A program made the position numbers and the translations under genes. From Candidatus Woesebacteria bacterium UBA1430 (lineage in GTDB: Bacteria > Patescibacteriota > Microgenomatia > UBA8517): 50,974 nucleotides of DNA. The notes below the pieces were generated by a model. It searched no databases. It was not told the origin of the DNA and worked only from the letters and a program-made list of their open reading frames with translations. The DNA is taken from positions 2,787-53,760 of the forward strand of contig DCTW01000001.1 in the NCBI GenBank assembly GCA_002329465.1, read 5' to 3'. Positions 18,313 to 26,509 of this stretch are shown here, piece by piece; the stretch's first letter is position 1; the number at the start of each line of letters is the position of its first letter.

Positions 18313-19884
18313 TCATTGGCCATTAATCATCAAGCTTCTAACCACATCTCCGATAAGGCGCACTTTTAAGCTTATATTCCGGATATTTCCGTAAGGCACG
18401 CAAACATCCGAGCAAAGCCCAAGATAAATCCCCTGCACATTTATTTCCTCTCCCAAAATCTCGCCCTTCCCCTCAATTCCCTGCTCTCCTGCATCCGAAT
18501 CGTAAGTAATAATATATTCATATCTTTCAAATTTAGCTACTCCGCCGCCGGTCACTCTAAAGCTTAAATCGGCTCCATCTCTATAAAGATCAAGGTTTGT
18601 TTCAATCGTACTATGCGGATTAGTCCCCGGATTCGGATTATCAAGTATCTCCCAGTCGGTGGCGGAGTTGGTATCAACGCCGGCCGTTTTTCTTGCCATG
18701 GATTTGCCGTCCCCGGTCAAAACCACACCATTACCGCTGCCAAAAGCATAAGAATCATCCCCCCAGCTCACAGCATCGATCTCAAACCCCGACGGATTTT
18801 TAAGTATCAGCCGGTCTCCGCCGTTAGCAAGCCCGTTGCCGATTTTTTGGCCTGTGTAAACACGGATAGCGCTCAAAGGAGGATTAAAGCAGCCCGTATT
18901 CCAAGTATTTGCGGATTTAGAAATCACGGCATATCCGTGTGCAGGAACAGAAACAGAATTGCTATGAATAATTGTCGTATCATTATTATCAGTCAAACTC
19001 CAGTCTTTAAGATCCACATCAAAGCTATTGTTATTGTAAAGCTCCACCCATTCATCAGGGTTTGCTCCCCCGTCATTACCGCAAACGCTACCTACATCAT
19101 AATAAACCTCATTTATCACCACACCTGTTACATCATTCTCCCAGTATCCAGCGGAAAAGCTATTCCCCGAAAGAACTACCTGTGATGCAAAATAAGCCCC
19201 GCTTGTCGCGGCATTAAAGCTTATTACCCCAAAAGTCAAAAAAAATATCTTCAATAAACCAAATTTTTTAAGAAAGCGCTTTATTCCACGCTCAGCCTTT
19301 ATCTCCTCCTCACCGATTGCCTCAACAATCTTCTCCCGTGAAGAAAGCTTACGGCTTCTCCTCTTAACAATAAGCCTTTTTGCCTCGTTTTTAATACTTA
19401 CCATCTCACTGTAAATAATAATAGTTGCAGGAATAATAATTAAAACAATAAGTCCAATCTGTGTCCTTGCAAAATTTACGGCGTACCCAAGTAGCGGCAG
19501 GTGGAAAAAAACTTTTCCGATAATAAGTCCGCGGTCAACACTCTCCGGATCCGCCGTCTCATTCGCATCGCCTTTGGTAACAAATCTCTCCGCGCCCCCC
19601 TCGTCTTTTATCTCCACAATCCTATGTGTTGTAGTGTTTTTAGGCCTTGTTACATCCCTATCCCCCTCCGGCTTAAAAGTAACAATATCCCCCTCGCTGT
19701 AATTAGAAACAGGGCCCACCAAAACAATGCTTCCGGTAGGGATAGCAGGAGACATCGATCCGGACAATACGTTATAAAGCCGGTGCCCTCCGGCAAAATC
19801 AAAAGTAGATAGGCTTGTAAGCCCGGCAATAAGCACGAGAAACAAAAAAACAAGCCAGTAAATTATATTTGTAATTTTTTTCAT
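18313..19884 (-). CDS. Signal peptidase I (SipW-type) fused to internal SipW-type signal peptide and lamin-tail domain
   Basis: VLSGSMSPAIP (catalytic Ser), TTTHRIV, TKGDAN, then TSGAYFASQVVLSGNSFSAGYW, then VVINEVYY..DEWVELYN. Confidence 0.82.
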   Translation of the reverse strand: MKKITNIIYWLVFLFLVLIAGLTSLSTFDFAGGHRLYNVLSGSMSPAIPTGSIVLVGPVSNYSEGDIVTFKPEGDRDVTRPKNTTTHRIVEIKDEGGAERFVTKGDANETADPESVDRGLIIGKVFFHLPLLGYAVNFARTQIGLIVLIIIPATIIIYSEMVSIKNEAKRLIVKRRSRKLSSREKIVEAIGEEEIKAERGIKRFLKKFGLLKIFFLTFGVISFNAATSGAYFASQVVLSGNSFSAGYWENDVTGVVINEVYYDVGSVCGNDGGANPDEWVELYNNNSFDVDLKDWSLTDNNDTTIIHSNSVSVPAHGYAVISKSANTWNTGCFNPPLSAIRVYTGQKIGNGLANGGDRLILKNPSGFEIDAVSWGDDSYAFGSGNGVVLTGDGKSMARKTAGVDTNSATDWEILDNPNPGTNPHSTIETNLDLYRDGADLSFRVTGGGVAKFERYEYIITYDSDAGEQGIEGKGEILGEEINVQGIYLGLCSDVCVPYGNIRNISLKVRLIGDVVRSLMINGQ

Positions 19885-19897
19885 TTAAGCCTTAGTT

Positions 19898-19922
19898 TGT
19901 TGCGCAAATTTCTTGCGCAACA
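19898..19922. promoter_or_regulatory. Hairpin between tasA-like and sipW-fusion genes
   Basis: TGTTGCGCAA-ATTTC-TTGCGCAACA, a perfect 10-bp stem without a U-tract on the coding strand. Confidence 0.6.
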
Positions 19923-19937
19923 TCAAATGCTTAATGC

Positions 19938-20558
19938 TTACTCACTCCATCCAGGATTCTCAGGCTGTGTACCAATACCGATTATATTAAACACAGAACT
20001 CAAACTTTGATAACTATTCCCAGCGGAACTATCAAGCCAAAGCTCAAGCATCCATCTGTGGGATCCTTCCGGATGACTCACTGAACCAAGCAAATTTGGA
20101 TCAGGCACTGCATAATTTGAACCTGCCCCGTTTAGATCCTTCAACCATCCAGATTTTCTAAGCTGCCAATTTCCCCCTGAACATAAAACGGGCGCTGAAA
20201 CCGGATGGGGACATTTATAAAGCCTATATTTAATCTTGTTATAAAGCGATCCGCTTCCACTCGTTAATTGTGCATGCAACCTATATTTAATGGGCGTCGA
20301 AGAATTGGAATGATTATAAACTTCAAAATATGTAGTGTCTTTATTCGATTCTCCGGGCAGCATATTGGTAGCGACTACAGGCACACCATCCGTTGGAAAA
20401 TCTGTTCCATGTCCTTTAATGTCAAACTTAATTGCCCCCGCAGAAGCAAAAGTATTATTTGTCTCGGTATCATTTCCCACATACCAAGCTCTGGTTGACC
20501 CAACTGCCAGGGTGCCGACAAGCGCGATCATCATTAAGCTCATTAATATTCTTTTCAT
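19938..20558 (-). CDS. TasA/CalY-like SipW-cognate secreted protein
   Basis: MKRILMSLMMIALVGTLAVGSTRAWY..DTETNNTFASAG SipW-class signal, NMLPGES motif, SD GGGAGGTGAT. Confidence 0.78.
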   Translation of the reverse strand: MKRILMSLMMIALVGTLAVGSTRAWYVGNDTETNNTFASAGAIKFDIKGHGTDFPTDGVPVVATNMLPGESNKDTTYFEVYNHSNSSTPIKYRLHAQLTSGSGSLYNKIKYRLYKCPHPVSAPVLCSGGNWQLRKSGWLKDLNGAGSNYAVPDPNLLGSVSHPEGSHRWMLELWLDSSAGNSYQSLSSVFNIIGIGTQPENPGWSE

Positions 20559-20588
20559 TTATATCACCTCCCTTCTCCCCCAAGCACC

Positions 20589-20612
20589 AAAAAAGCCGCC
20601 CTTCGGCGGCTT
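20589..20612 (-). terminator. Intrinsic terminator in the 5' leader of the tasA-like gene
   Basis: AAGCCGCC-GAAG-GGCGGCTT followed by TTTT, about 15 nt upstream of the SD. Confidence 0.8.
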
Positions 20613-20674
20613 ACTACTATGTTTCCCAAGTATAAATTCTTAGCATATTACTTAGGGCTAGCTTAAACAACCTC

Positions 20675-20703
20675 AATATACTCTGTTAAAAGCACCCTGT
20701 CAA
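20675..20703 (-). promoter_or_regulatory. sigma70 promoter for tasA-like leader
   Basis: TTGACA (20703-20698), 17 nt, TATATT (20680-20675). Confidence 0.75.
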
Positions 20704-20798
20704 TAGATATCGATAAAAACTATAAGAAACAAATAAACACAAATTCTAAGCCAATCAAACATACTATCTCTCAAATTACACAACCACAACTAACCCCA

Positions 20799-20833
20799 TT
20801 AATCATCAGTCATCAATTATTAGCCATCAACTA
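20799..20833. repeat. Degenerate heptad array (TTAATCA-like)
   Basis: ttaatca tcagtca tcaatta ttagcca tcaacta. Confidence 0.55.
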
Positions 20834-20942
20834 ATTATCTTAATGAAGTACCCCATCACTTTATAAAAGGAGACAGCAAAAATAGCCAAGATAAATAAAA
20901 ACATTACTCTCCCCGGCCAATTTACATTCTCAAAAACCTTTC

Positions 20943-22907
20943 TCACAAAACGCCCTCCTTTGCCCTCATTTTATACCAATTAGATAAGTACGCGCTCGTG
21001 AGCATAAGAAGAAGCACATAGTAAATCATATAATCTTTCTTTACGGTTGAAGCAGCGCCCAGTACCTGCCCCCCGCTTGCATTGGCAACAGGCAAAGCCT
21101 CCTCCCCCTCATCCGGCGTCAAATCGGAAGCAGTAGTGCCCTTTACCTTTATCTTAAAAAAGCTGTCCGAATAAGCGGATATTTCGCCGTCGTGAGGCCC
21201 CACTATCCCGAAAACTTCGGCATGCGCCATATACTCACCCTCCAATGCATTCCGGGAAAGCACAAGCCCGGTTGAAATCTTAAATCCTTTATTCGGCGCG
21301 ATATCCCCAAGCGGTATTATCCCGCCTCCCAAATCTTCCCCATCCTTTATAAGGCTTAGTACCAAGGTAGCTCCATAAACCTTGCCTGTTCCGACATTTT
21401 TTACATCTACAAAAAAGGTTACAGTATCCCCGGGATAAACAAAATCATTTACATTGTTTTTCTGATAAACCTCAAGCTCCCCGCCTTCTTCTTTGGAGCT
21501 GGATGTACTCATTGCCATGCTTTCGCTAGAAATATTTCCACCCTCATCATCAGCGGCATCGGACACGGGATAAAGCATTGACTCGGTCCCAATGTTGCCG
21601 CTAAATGTACCGAAAATATTTACAAATCCCAAAAATCCTAAAGAATTCTTAATCGTAGTATTTATAAAATTAACGATTGAGACAGCGCTTACCGCATTCC
21701 CGGTCTTTATGCTTGATCCCTCCTCACCGGAAGCGCTATTTCCTCCCGTATTGGCAGTAGAAATTACATTATTATAAACATAAGCTTCATTGGCAATATC
21801 ACTTCCTTCCACACAGCCCGTACATCCCCCCACTGCGCTTTCCCCTTCTCCCCAGCCCAAAAGCTCTCCGCTCCACTCACCAAGATTATTAATATAAAAA
21901 AGCCTGAAAAAACTATTCAAAATATTAAGATTTACCACATTGACCAAATTTACGCTGGACACGGCATCTCCCGTATCAATATCCGCATTCTCGCCTTCTG
22001 CTGCATTGCCTCCGCTATCAGCGCTTGAGGTAACAACGTTTTCAACCTCCGCATTGTTTTCAATATCCACTAAAGATCCTCCGCAATCTGTACATGTCTC
22101 TTCATCCAAAATATCGGGCAAGACTATGTCTCCGTCCAGTTCACCGAAAATATTAATAGTAACGACATAAACCTTCGAGTCAACAATTGTAGTATTAACA
22201 CGGTTAAGAAGAGATACTACCGAATAAGCATTCCCGGTCTCAATAGTAGCAGTCTCACCCGTAGCAGAATTTCCGCCCGTATTGGCAACGCTCACTATTT
22301 CATTGCTAAGATATGCATAATTATTATTTTCAAGAAATACTACATTTACGGTTTCTTCATCCCCCCCGCTTGAAACAACCTCCTCTATCAAAGGCCAGGA
22401 GTCGATAGCTAAATTAACACCTTCCGCAAAAAAGATATTAAGAGTCTTAAAAACCACCTCGCTATTTACCTCTGTAGAATTTACTTGGTTCTCGGTCTCA
22501 ACGAAAGATACGCTGTCTCCCGTTTCTACCTGGGAAGAAGAAGTAGGGCTAGGGCTTGGACTGGGGCTGGAGCTGGGGCTGGCCTCAGCAGTTGGTGAAG
22601 GGCTCACCTCGTCCACAACAGGGGACGGACTGGGTGACGGACTGGGTGACGGCGTAGGGCTTTCGCTGACAATTTCATTCTCCCCGCTTTCGGCTTCTGT
22701 TGTAACCTCATCAACAACCTCTGCTTCATTTTCAATCACCGCATCGGTTTCCCCGGCAGTTTCTTCGGCAGATACTTCAATAGCATCAACCGTTTGAGCT
22801 TCAGTATCAAGAGTTTCAGTAGCATATATTGCATAAGGAGTTGTGCGCACAAAAAGAAGGGTAAATATAACTAAAATTGATATTTTTCGTTTCAGCTTTT
22901 CATTCAT
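20943..22907 (-). CDS. Large secreted protein with three N/T/G-rich ~50-aa repeats, Ig-like domain and C-terminal GxVLG + TM anchor
   Basis: Signal peptide, acidic/PS linker, repeats 'NxAxVxNxVxSxAxTGGNxA..xTGxAxSxVxLxNxVN', CxxC motifs before repeats 2 and 3, GQVLGA followed by a TM. Confidence 0.75.
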   Translation of the reverse strand: MNEKLKRKISILVIFTLLFVRTTPYAIYATETLDTEAQTVDAIEVSAEETAGETDAVIENEAEVVDEVTTEAESGENEIVSESPTPSPSPSPSPSPVVDEVSPSPTAEASPSSSPSPSPSPTSSSQVETGDSVSFVETENQVNSTEVNSEVVFKTLNIFFAEGVNLAIDSWPLIEEVVSSGGDEETVNVVFLENNNYAYLSNEIVSVANTGGNSATGETATIETGNAYSVVSLLNRVNTTIVDSKVYVVTINIFGELDGDIVLPDILDEETCTDCGGSLVDIENNAEVENVVTSSADSGGNAAEGENADIDTGDAVSSVNLVNVVNLNILNSFFRLFYINNLGEWSGELLGWGEGESAVGGCTGCVEGSDIANEAYVYNNVISTANTGGNSASGEEGSSIKTGNAVSAVSIVNFINTTIKNSLGFLGFVNIFGTFSGNIGTESMLYPVSDAADDEGGNISSESMAMSTSSSKEEGGELEVYQKNNVNDFVYPGDTVTFFVDVKNVGTGKVYGATLVLSLIKDGEDLGGGIIPLGDIAPNKGFKISTGLVLSRNALEGEYMAHAEVFGIVGPHDGEISAYSDSFFKIKVKGTTASDLTPDEGEEALPVANASGGQVLGAASTVKKDYMIYYVLLLMLTSAYLSNWYKMRAKEGVL

Positions 22908-22942
22908 TCAAATATTTCTATACTTTTAATAAAATTTCAAAC

Positions 22943-22966
22943 GGAAGGGGGTAATAACCCCCTTCC
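22943..22966. terminator. Hairpin after small repeat protein gene
   Basis: GGAAGGGGG-TAATAA-CCCCCTTCC, a 9-bp stem. Confidence 0.7.
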
Positions 22967-22979
22967 AAAAATAAAAGGG

Positions 22980-23438
22980 TTAATTACCAACTACGTTGGT
23001 ATTAACAATATTATCTACAAGAGTTGCAGCATCGGCATTACCGCTAGTAAGGCTTCCGCCTCTCACGTCATCCCACGCCCAAATCTTGTTGTAACCAGTC
23101 TTTGCGATTGTATCAAGATAATTCTTAACCACTCCACTATTGTTAAGAGTTACATCATCATAACAACCACAATCTACAGAATTTGTGTTAACCTTGTTCA
23201 TTACTTGGGTAACTGCACCAGCTGCACCACTCTTAAGTGTGCCTCCCCAAACATCATCCATAGCGGATATTTTATTTCCGCCTGTTTTTGCAACAGTGTC
23301 AACAACATTCTTTACATAAGCACTATTGTTAACTTCGAGGTCATCATTACTCCATCCCCACCAAAACGCACCTGCTGGGGCAGCAGCAACCACCAAAAGG
23401 AGTGTGCTTGCAGCTAAACCTGCTAATATTTTCTTCAT
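22980..23438 (-). CDS. Small secreted two-repeat N/T/G-rich protein (start revised to MKKIL, 152 aa)
   Basis: SD AAAGGAGGTGAT before ATG 23438, Sec signal ending APAGA, two ~60-aa repeats separated by DCGCY. Confidence 0.8.
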   Translation of the reverse strand: MKKILAGLAASTLLLVVAAAPAGAFWWGWSNDDLEVNNSAYVKNVVDTVAKTGGNKISAMDDVWGGTLKSGAAGAVTQVMNKVNTNSVDCGCYDDVTLNNSGVVKNYLDTIAKTGYNKIWAWDDVRGGSLTSGNADAATLVDNIVNTNVVGN

Positions 23439-23509
23439 ATTCTTATCACCTCCTTTCCTTCGATACACTATACACTATTCAATAACAAAAAAACTATCAG
23501 TAATTTAGA

Positions 23510-24067
23510 TTACATACTTTCAGGTACTGCTCTTATGACAAATCTTTTTCTGTCAAAAAGCCCGCTGCAAGTATAAATCGTAAGCACTTCACTCTCTGTA
23601 TTTGAGGCTATTTTTACATCCGAAGGATCTGTTTCAAAAGCGCTCTCAACACGGTATTTATGCACATTTCCGGATCCATCAATAATCTTAATCAAATCAT
23701 CCCTTTTTAAAAATTTTATAGGACCGAAAAGATTATCCCTATTATGCGCGTATAAGAGAATATTTCCCCCTCCTCCCGGATCCGCCGAAATATCAAGGTG
23801 GTTTGCAGCTTTGTCTGACACCTCCCACACGCCGTCAACAATACCCGACTCAACAACCTCAATTTTCAAACCAATTCTCTCAATTTCAATAATATAAGGA
23901 TCATAAGTAATAACTTCTGTCTGCTTCATAGCTTCCCGGTCCGGCGAAACATAAAGCTTTCCAAACTCACGGATACGAAAATAAATTGGAACTGATAGAA
24001 GAATAATTCCGAAAGCTAAAAAGAAAAAATTAGTTCTCTTTGTTTTTGGCAAAAGTTCGTCTGACAC
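23510..24067 (-). CDS. Sortase
   Basis: N-terminal TM and catalytic triad in LYAHN, LTIYTC, RFVIRA. Confidence 0.88.
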   Translation of the reverse strand: MSDELLPKTKRTNFFFLAFGIILLSVPIYFRIREFGKLYVSPDREAMKQTEVITYDPYIIEIERIGLKIEVVESGIVDGVWEVSDKAANHLDISADPGGGGNILLYAHNRDNLFGPIKFLKRDDLIKIIDGSGNVHKYRVESAFETDPSDVKIASNTESEVLTIYTCSGLFDRKRFVIRAVPESM

Positions 24068-24743
24068 CCGCCGAAGTTACCAAAGCACCTATAATAAAAA
24101 GGACATTATAATAATCCTCACCGGCTCCGGTATCGGCAAGCGTGCTAGCTCCAAGCACAGCACCCGCTGTCCCGCCCGTACAAACTTCATTTGAAGGAGC
24201 ACTTACTGCACATCCGTTTACAGCGCGGACAACAAAACAGCCGCTTGTTAATCCATTGACAGTAAACCTATCAGTATCCCCTGTACTCGGCACGCCATAA
24301 ACATGCTCACCGGGATTTGGCCCGTAAAAAATTGCATAATCGTTTGCATTCTCAACCTTCTGCCAAACTATCTCAATGCTTTCAACACCTGTCCTTGTAG
24401 CGCTTATCAAGTATGGCGCATTTGGCGCCGGATCCGTACAAACCGGAGGCCCGGCAGGGCTTGTTCCACCGCGCGCAGGCTCGGAAGAAGCAGGCGTAGG
24501 AGCGGGCGAAGCACTCGGCTCTCCTGTGGGCTCGGAGGTAGGTTCAACAGTTGGTTCTGACGTCGGTTCACTCGTTGGCTCAGCCGTCGGCTCAGAAGTG
24601 GGTGAAGGACTGGTAGAACTGGAAGGTTTTGGACTGCACCAGCAAGCATTTGCGTTTTCAGTGTAAGAATTTGAAGCAACTACAATAAGAAGAATAAATA
24701 ATCCTACAAAAGCTCCTTTTAAAAAATCAGGTAATTTGATCAT
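24030..24743 (-). CDS. Secreted Fn3-like protein with SEPT repeats and LPxTG-like (LADTG) sorting signal
   Basis: Signal peptide, (S/A/V)EPT repeats, Fn3-like domain (IVWQKV..YAIFYG..FTVNGL), VLGASTLADTG, then a TM and a basic tail. Confidence 0.78.
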   Translation of the reverse strand: MIKLPDFLKGAFVGLFILLIVVASNSYTENANACWCSPKPSSSTSPSPTSEPTAEPTSEPTSEPTVEPTSEPTGEPSASPAPTPASSEPARGGTSPAGPPVCTDPAPNAPYLISATRTGVESIEIVWQKVENANDYAIFYGPNPGEHVYGVPSTGDTDRFTVNGLTSGCFVVRAVNGCAVSAPSNEVCTGGTAGAVLGASTLADTGAGEDYYNVLFIIGALVTSAGVRRTFAKNKEN

Positions 24744-24776
24744 TTGCCCGAAGTCTAGATGTAAGTAACACCCTTG

Positions 24777-25085
24777 TCAAGTAGTATATTTAATCTCCAC
24801 ACTCTCCCCCTTTGAAATATCCTTTCCATTAACAGGTATGCTCAACGCCCAGCCGATCGCATTGGCAACGGATACCCCCACGCGAAGCCCGGTAAAAGAT
24901 CCTGGCCCAATTACCACTTTAATCTCGGTAACATCCGAAATCTTCTTTCCTTTTTTCACCAAAATCTCATCAATAAACTCCAAAAGAGCCTGGGATTTTT
25001 CTTTCTTGGAAGAAGACTCAAACATCTCCCCGTCAATCCCGACTACAATTTTTTCAGAATCAGAGGTATCTATAAATAGTCTCAT
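24777..25085 (-). CDS. tsaB: Short TsaB-like protein
   Basis: LFIDTS, VVIGPGSFTGLRVG. Only 102 aa (N-terminal half). Confidence 0.8.
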   Translation of the reverse strand: MRLFIDTSDSEKIVVGIDGEMFESSSKKEKSQALLEFIDEILVKKGKKISDVTEIKVVIGPGSFTGLRVGVSVANAIGWALSIPVNGKDISKGESVEIKYTT

Positions 25086-25088
25086 TTA

Positions 25089-25130
25089 TTAATGACTAAT
25101 GGTTAATGACTAATGGTTAATGACTAATGG
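25089..25130. repeat. Three perfect 14-bp tandem repeats TTAATGACTAATGG
   Basis: Exact copies at 25089, 25103 and 25117, overlapping the end of the four-helix-bundle gene. Confidence 0.95.
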
Positions 25131-25495
25131 TTAACTTTTTTTAGACTTTTAATCCAACCGTTTAGTTGTTTGCCGATCTGGTCTATTTCAACCCTCAATT
25201 CCAAATAAATCTCTTCCGATAAGTATTCCAAATCTTTTGCCAATATTAGATGGCATAAACTTTCTGCGCAAGATCCTCTTGCATTATATAAAAATTGTAT
25301 CAATTCCTTAGTAGTATTTTTACCAAAACCTTCAGCGATATTTGCAGGAATTGAACTTGTTGACCTTCTAAGCTGAGATATAATCCCAAATTTTTCGTCT
25401 TCAGGAAAATTTTTAGTAATATTATAAATTCTTAAAGTCAATTTATGCGATTTTTGCCACACTGGCACTTCTTCAAATGAACTATATTTTCCCAT
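25124..25495 (-). CDS. Four helix bundle protein (23S rRNA IVS protein/Avd-like family)
   Basis: FEEVPVWQKSH..FPEDEKFGIISQLRRSTSSIPANIAEG..ARGSCAE. Confidence 0.92.
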   Translation of the reverse strand: MGKYSSFEEVPVWQKSHKLTLRIYNITKNFPEDEKFGIISQLRRSTSSIPANIAEGFGKNTTKELIQFLYNARGSCAESLCHLILAKDLEYLSEEIYLELRVEIDQIGKQLNGWIKSLKKVNH

Positions 25496-25525
25496 TAATC
25501 ATCAGCTATTAATCATTAATCATCA
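25495..25525. repeat. Heptad array upstream of four-helix-bundle gene, inverted relative to downstream array
   Basis: ttaatca tcagcta ttaatca ttaatca tca. Confidence 0.75.
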
Positions 25526-26509
25526 AGAATAACCCTTTAGATTATTCTTGTGCCATTTCCAAGCACTCTCAATAATCTCAGCCAAGCCATACTTCGGCTC
25601 CCAGCCGAAAAGTTCTTTTATTTTTTTGTTATCCGCATAAAGAGTATCCGCATCTCCCGGGCGCCTCATCCCAAACTTCCACGCAAAACTGCCTGCAACT
25701 TTCTCTATCTCGCGGATAAGTTCAAGATTTGAATACCCCCGCCCCACTCCCGCATTTACAGCCGTACTCTCTCCACCCTTTTCCAAATAAGTAAGGGCTT
25801 TAATATGTGCATCCGCCAAATCCAAAACATGTATATAATCCCTAACGCATGTCCCATCAGGAGTATTGTAATTATCTCCAAAAAGAGTAAATTCCCCACC
25901 CCCCAAAGCCGCCTTCATTATCAAGGGTATTATATGACTCTCATTGGGGTGATCCTCACCAATAGATCCGTCAAGAGACGCACCTGCCGCATTAAAATAT
26001 CTTATCGAAACATGGCTAATTTTATGCGCCCTCTCATACCAAGGAAGCATTTGTTCAATCATCAGCTTCGTCTGTCCGTAAGGATTTTCAGGTATTTTCG
26101 GATCGTCCTCAAATATTGGAAGCTTTTTTGGGCTCCCGTAAACCCCGGCTGACGAGCTAAAAACAAAATTTTTAGTGCCCTGCCTTGCCATTATGCCCAA
26201 AACATTGTTTGCGCTATTAATATTATTCTTAAAATATTTATAAGGATCCCTAAAGCTCTCTCCCATTTGGATAAAGCTCGCCATATGAATTACCCCGTCA
26301 AAACGCTCCTTCTTAAACCACTCTTCCAGCTCTACTAAATCACTCTCATTATTCAAGTTAAGCTTTTTAAAACTAAAGCCGGAAATTGCTTCCTCATGCC
26401 CGCTTGAAAAATCATCAACGACATAAGGCTCATATCCCGCCGTTTTCAAAGCCCTTACTATAAAACTTCCTATATACCCAGCACCCCCCGTAACAAGAAT
26501 TTTATTCAT
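25523..26509 (-). CDS. galE: UDP-glucose 4-epimerase
   Basis: ILVTGGAGYIGS, FSSSAGVYG, YGQTK, RYFNAAGA, DGTCVRDYIHV. Confidence 0.95.
   Translation of the reverse strand: MNKILVTGGAGYIGSFIVRALKTAGYEPYVVDDFSSGHEEAISGFSFKKLNLNNESDLVELEEWFKKERFDGVIHMASFIQMGESFRDPYKYFKNNINSANNVLGIMARQGTKNFVFSSSAGVYGSPKKLPIFEDDPKIPENPYGQTKLMIEQMLPWYERAHKISHVSIRYFNAAGASLDGSIGEDHPNESHIIPLIMKAALGGGEFTLFGDNYNTPDGTCVRDYIHVLDLADAHIKALTYLEKGGESTAVNAGVGRGYSNLELIREIEKVAGSFAWKFGMRRPGDADTLYADNKKIKELFGWEPKYGLAEIIESAWKWHKNNLKGYS

Noticed and set aside
22540-22660. SPSPSP / SEPT / TPTP low-complexity repeats (also at 24530-24610, 27530-27630, 34190-34240)
   Set aside because: These are ordinary Pro/Ser/Thr-rich linkers of surface proteins, not independent repeat elements.
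24777-25085. Short tsaB as a pseudogene
   Set aside because: It has an intact start, conserved motifs and a clean stop, with no remnant of the C-terminal half downstream. A naturally minimal form is at least as likely.
25089-25130. Tandem 14-bp repeats as a CRISPR array
   Set aside because: The repeats are contiguous, with no spacers and no cas genes nearby.
25124-25495. Avd-like gene as part of a diversity-generating retroelement
   Set aside because: No reverse transcriptase and no template/variable repeat pair is visible in the window.
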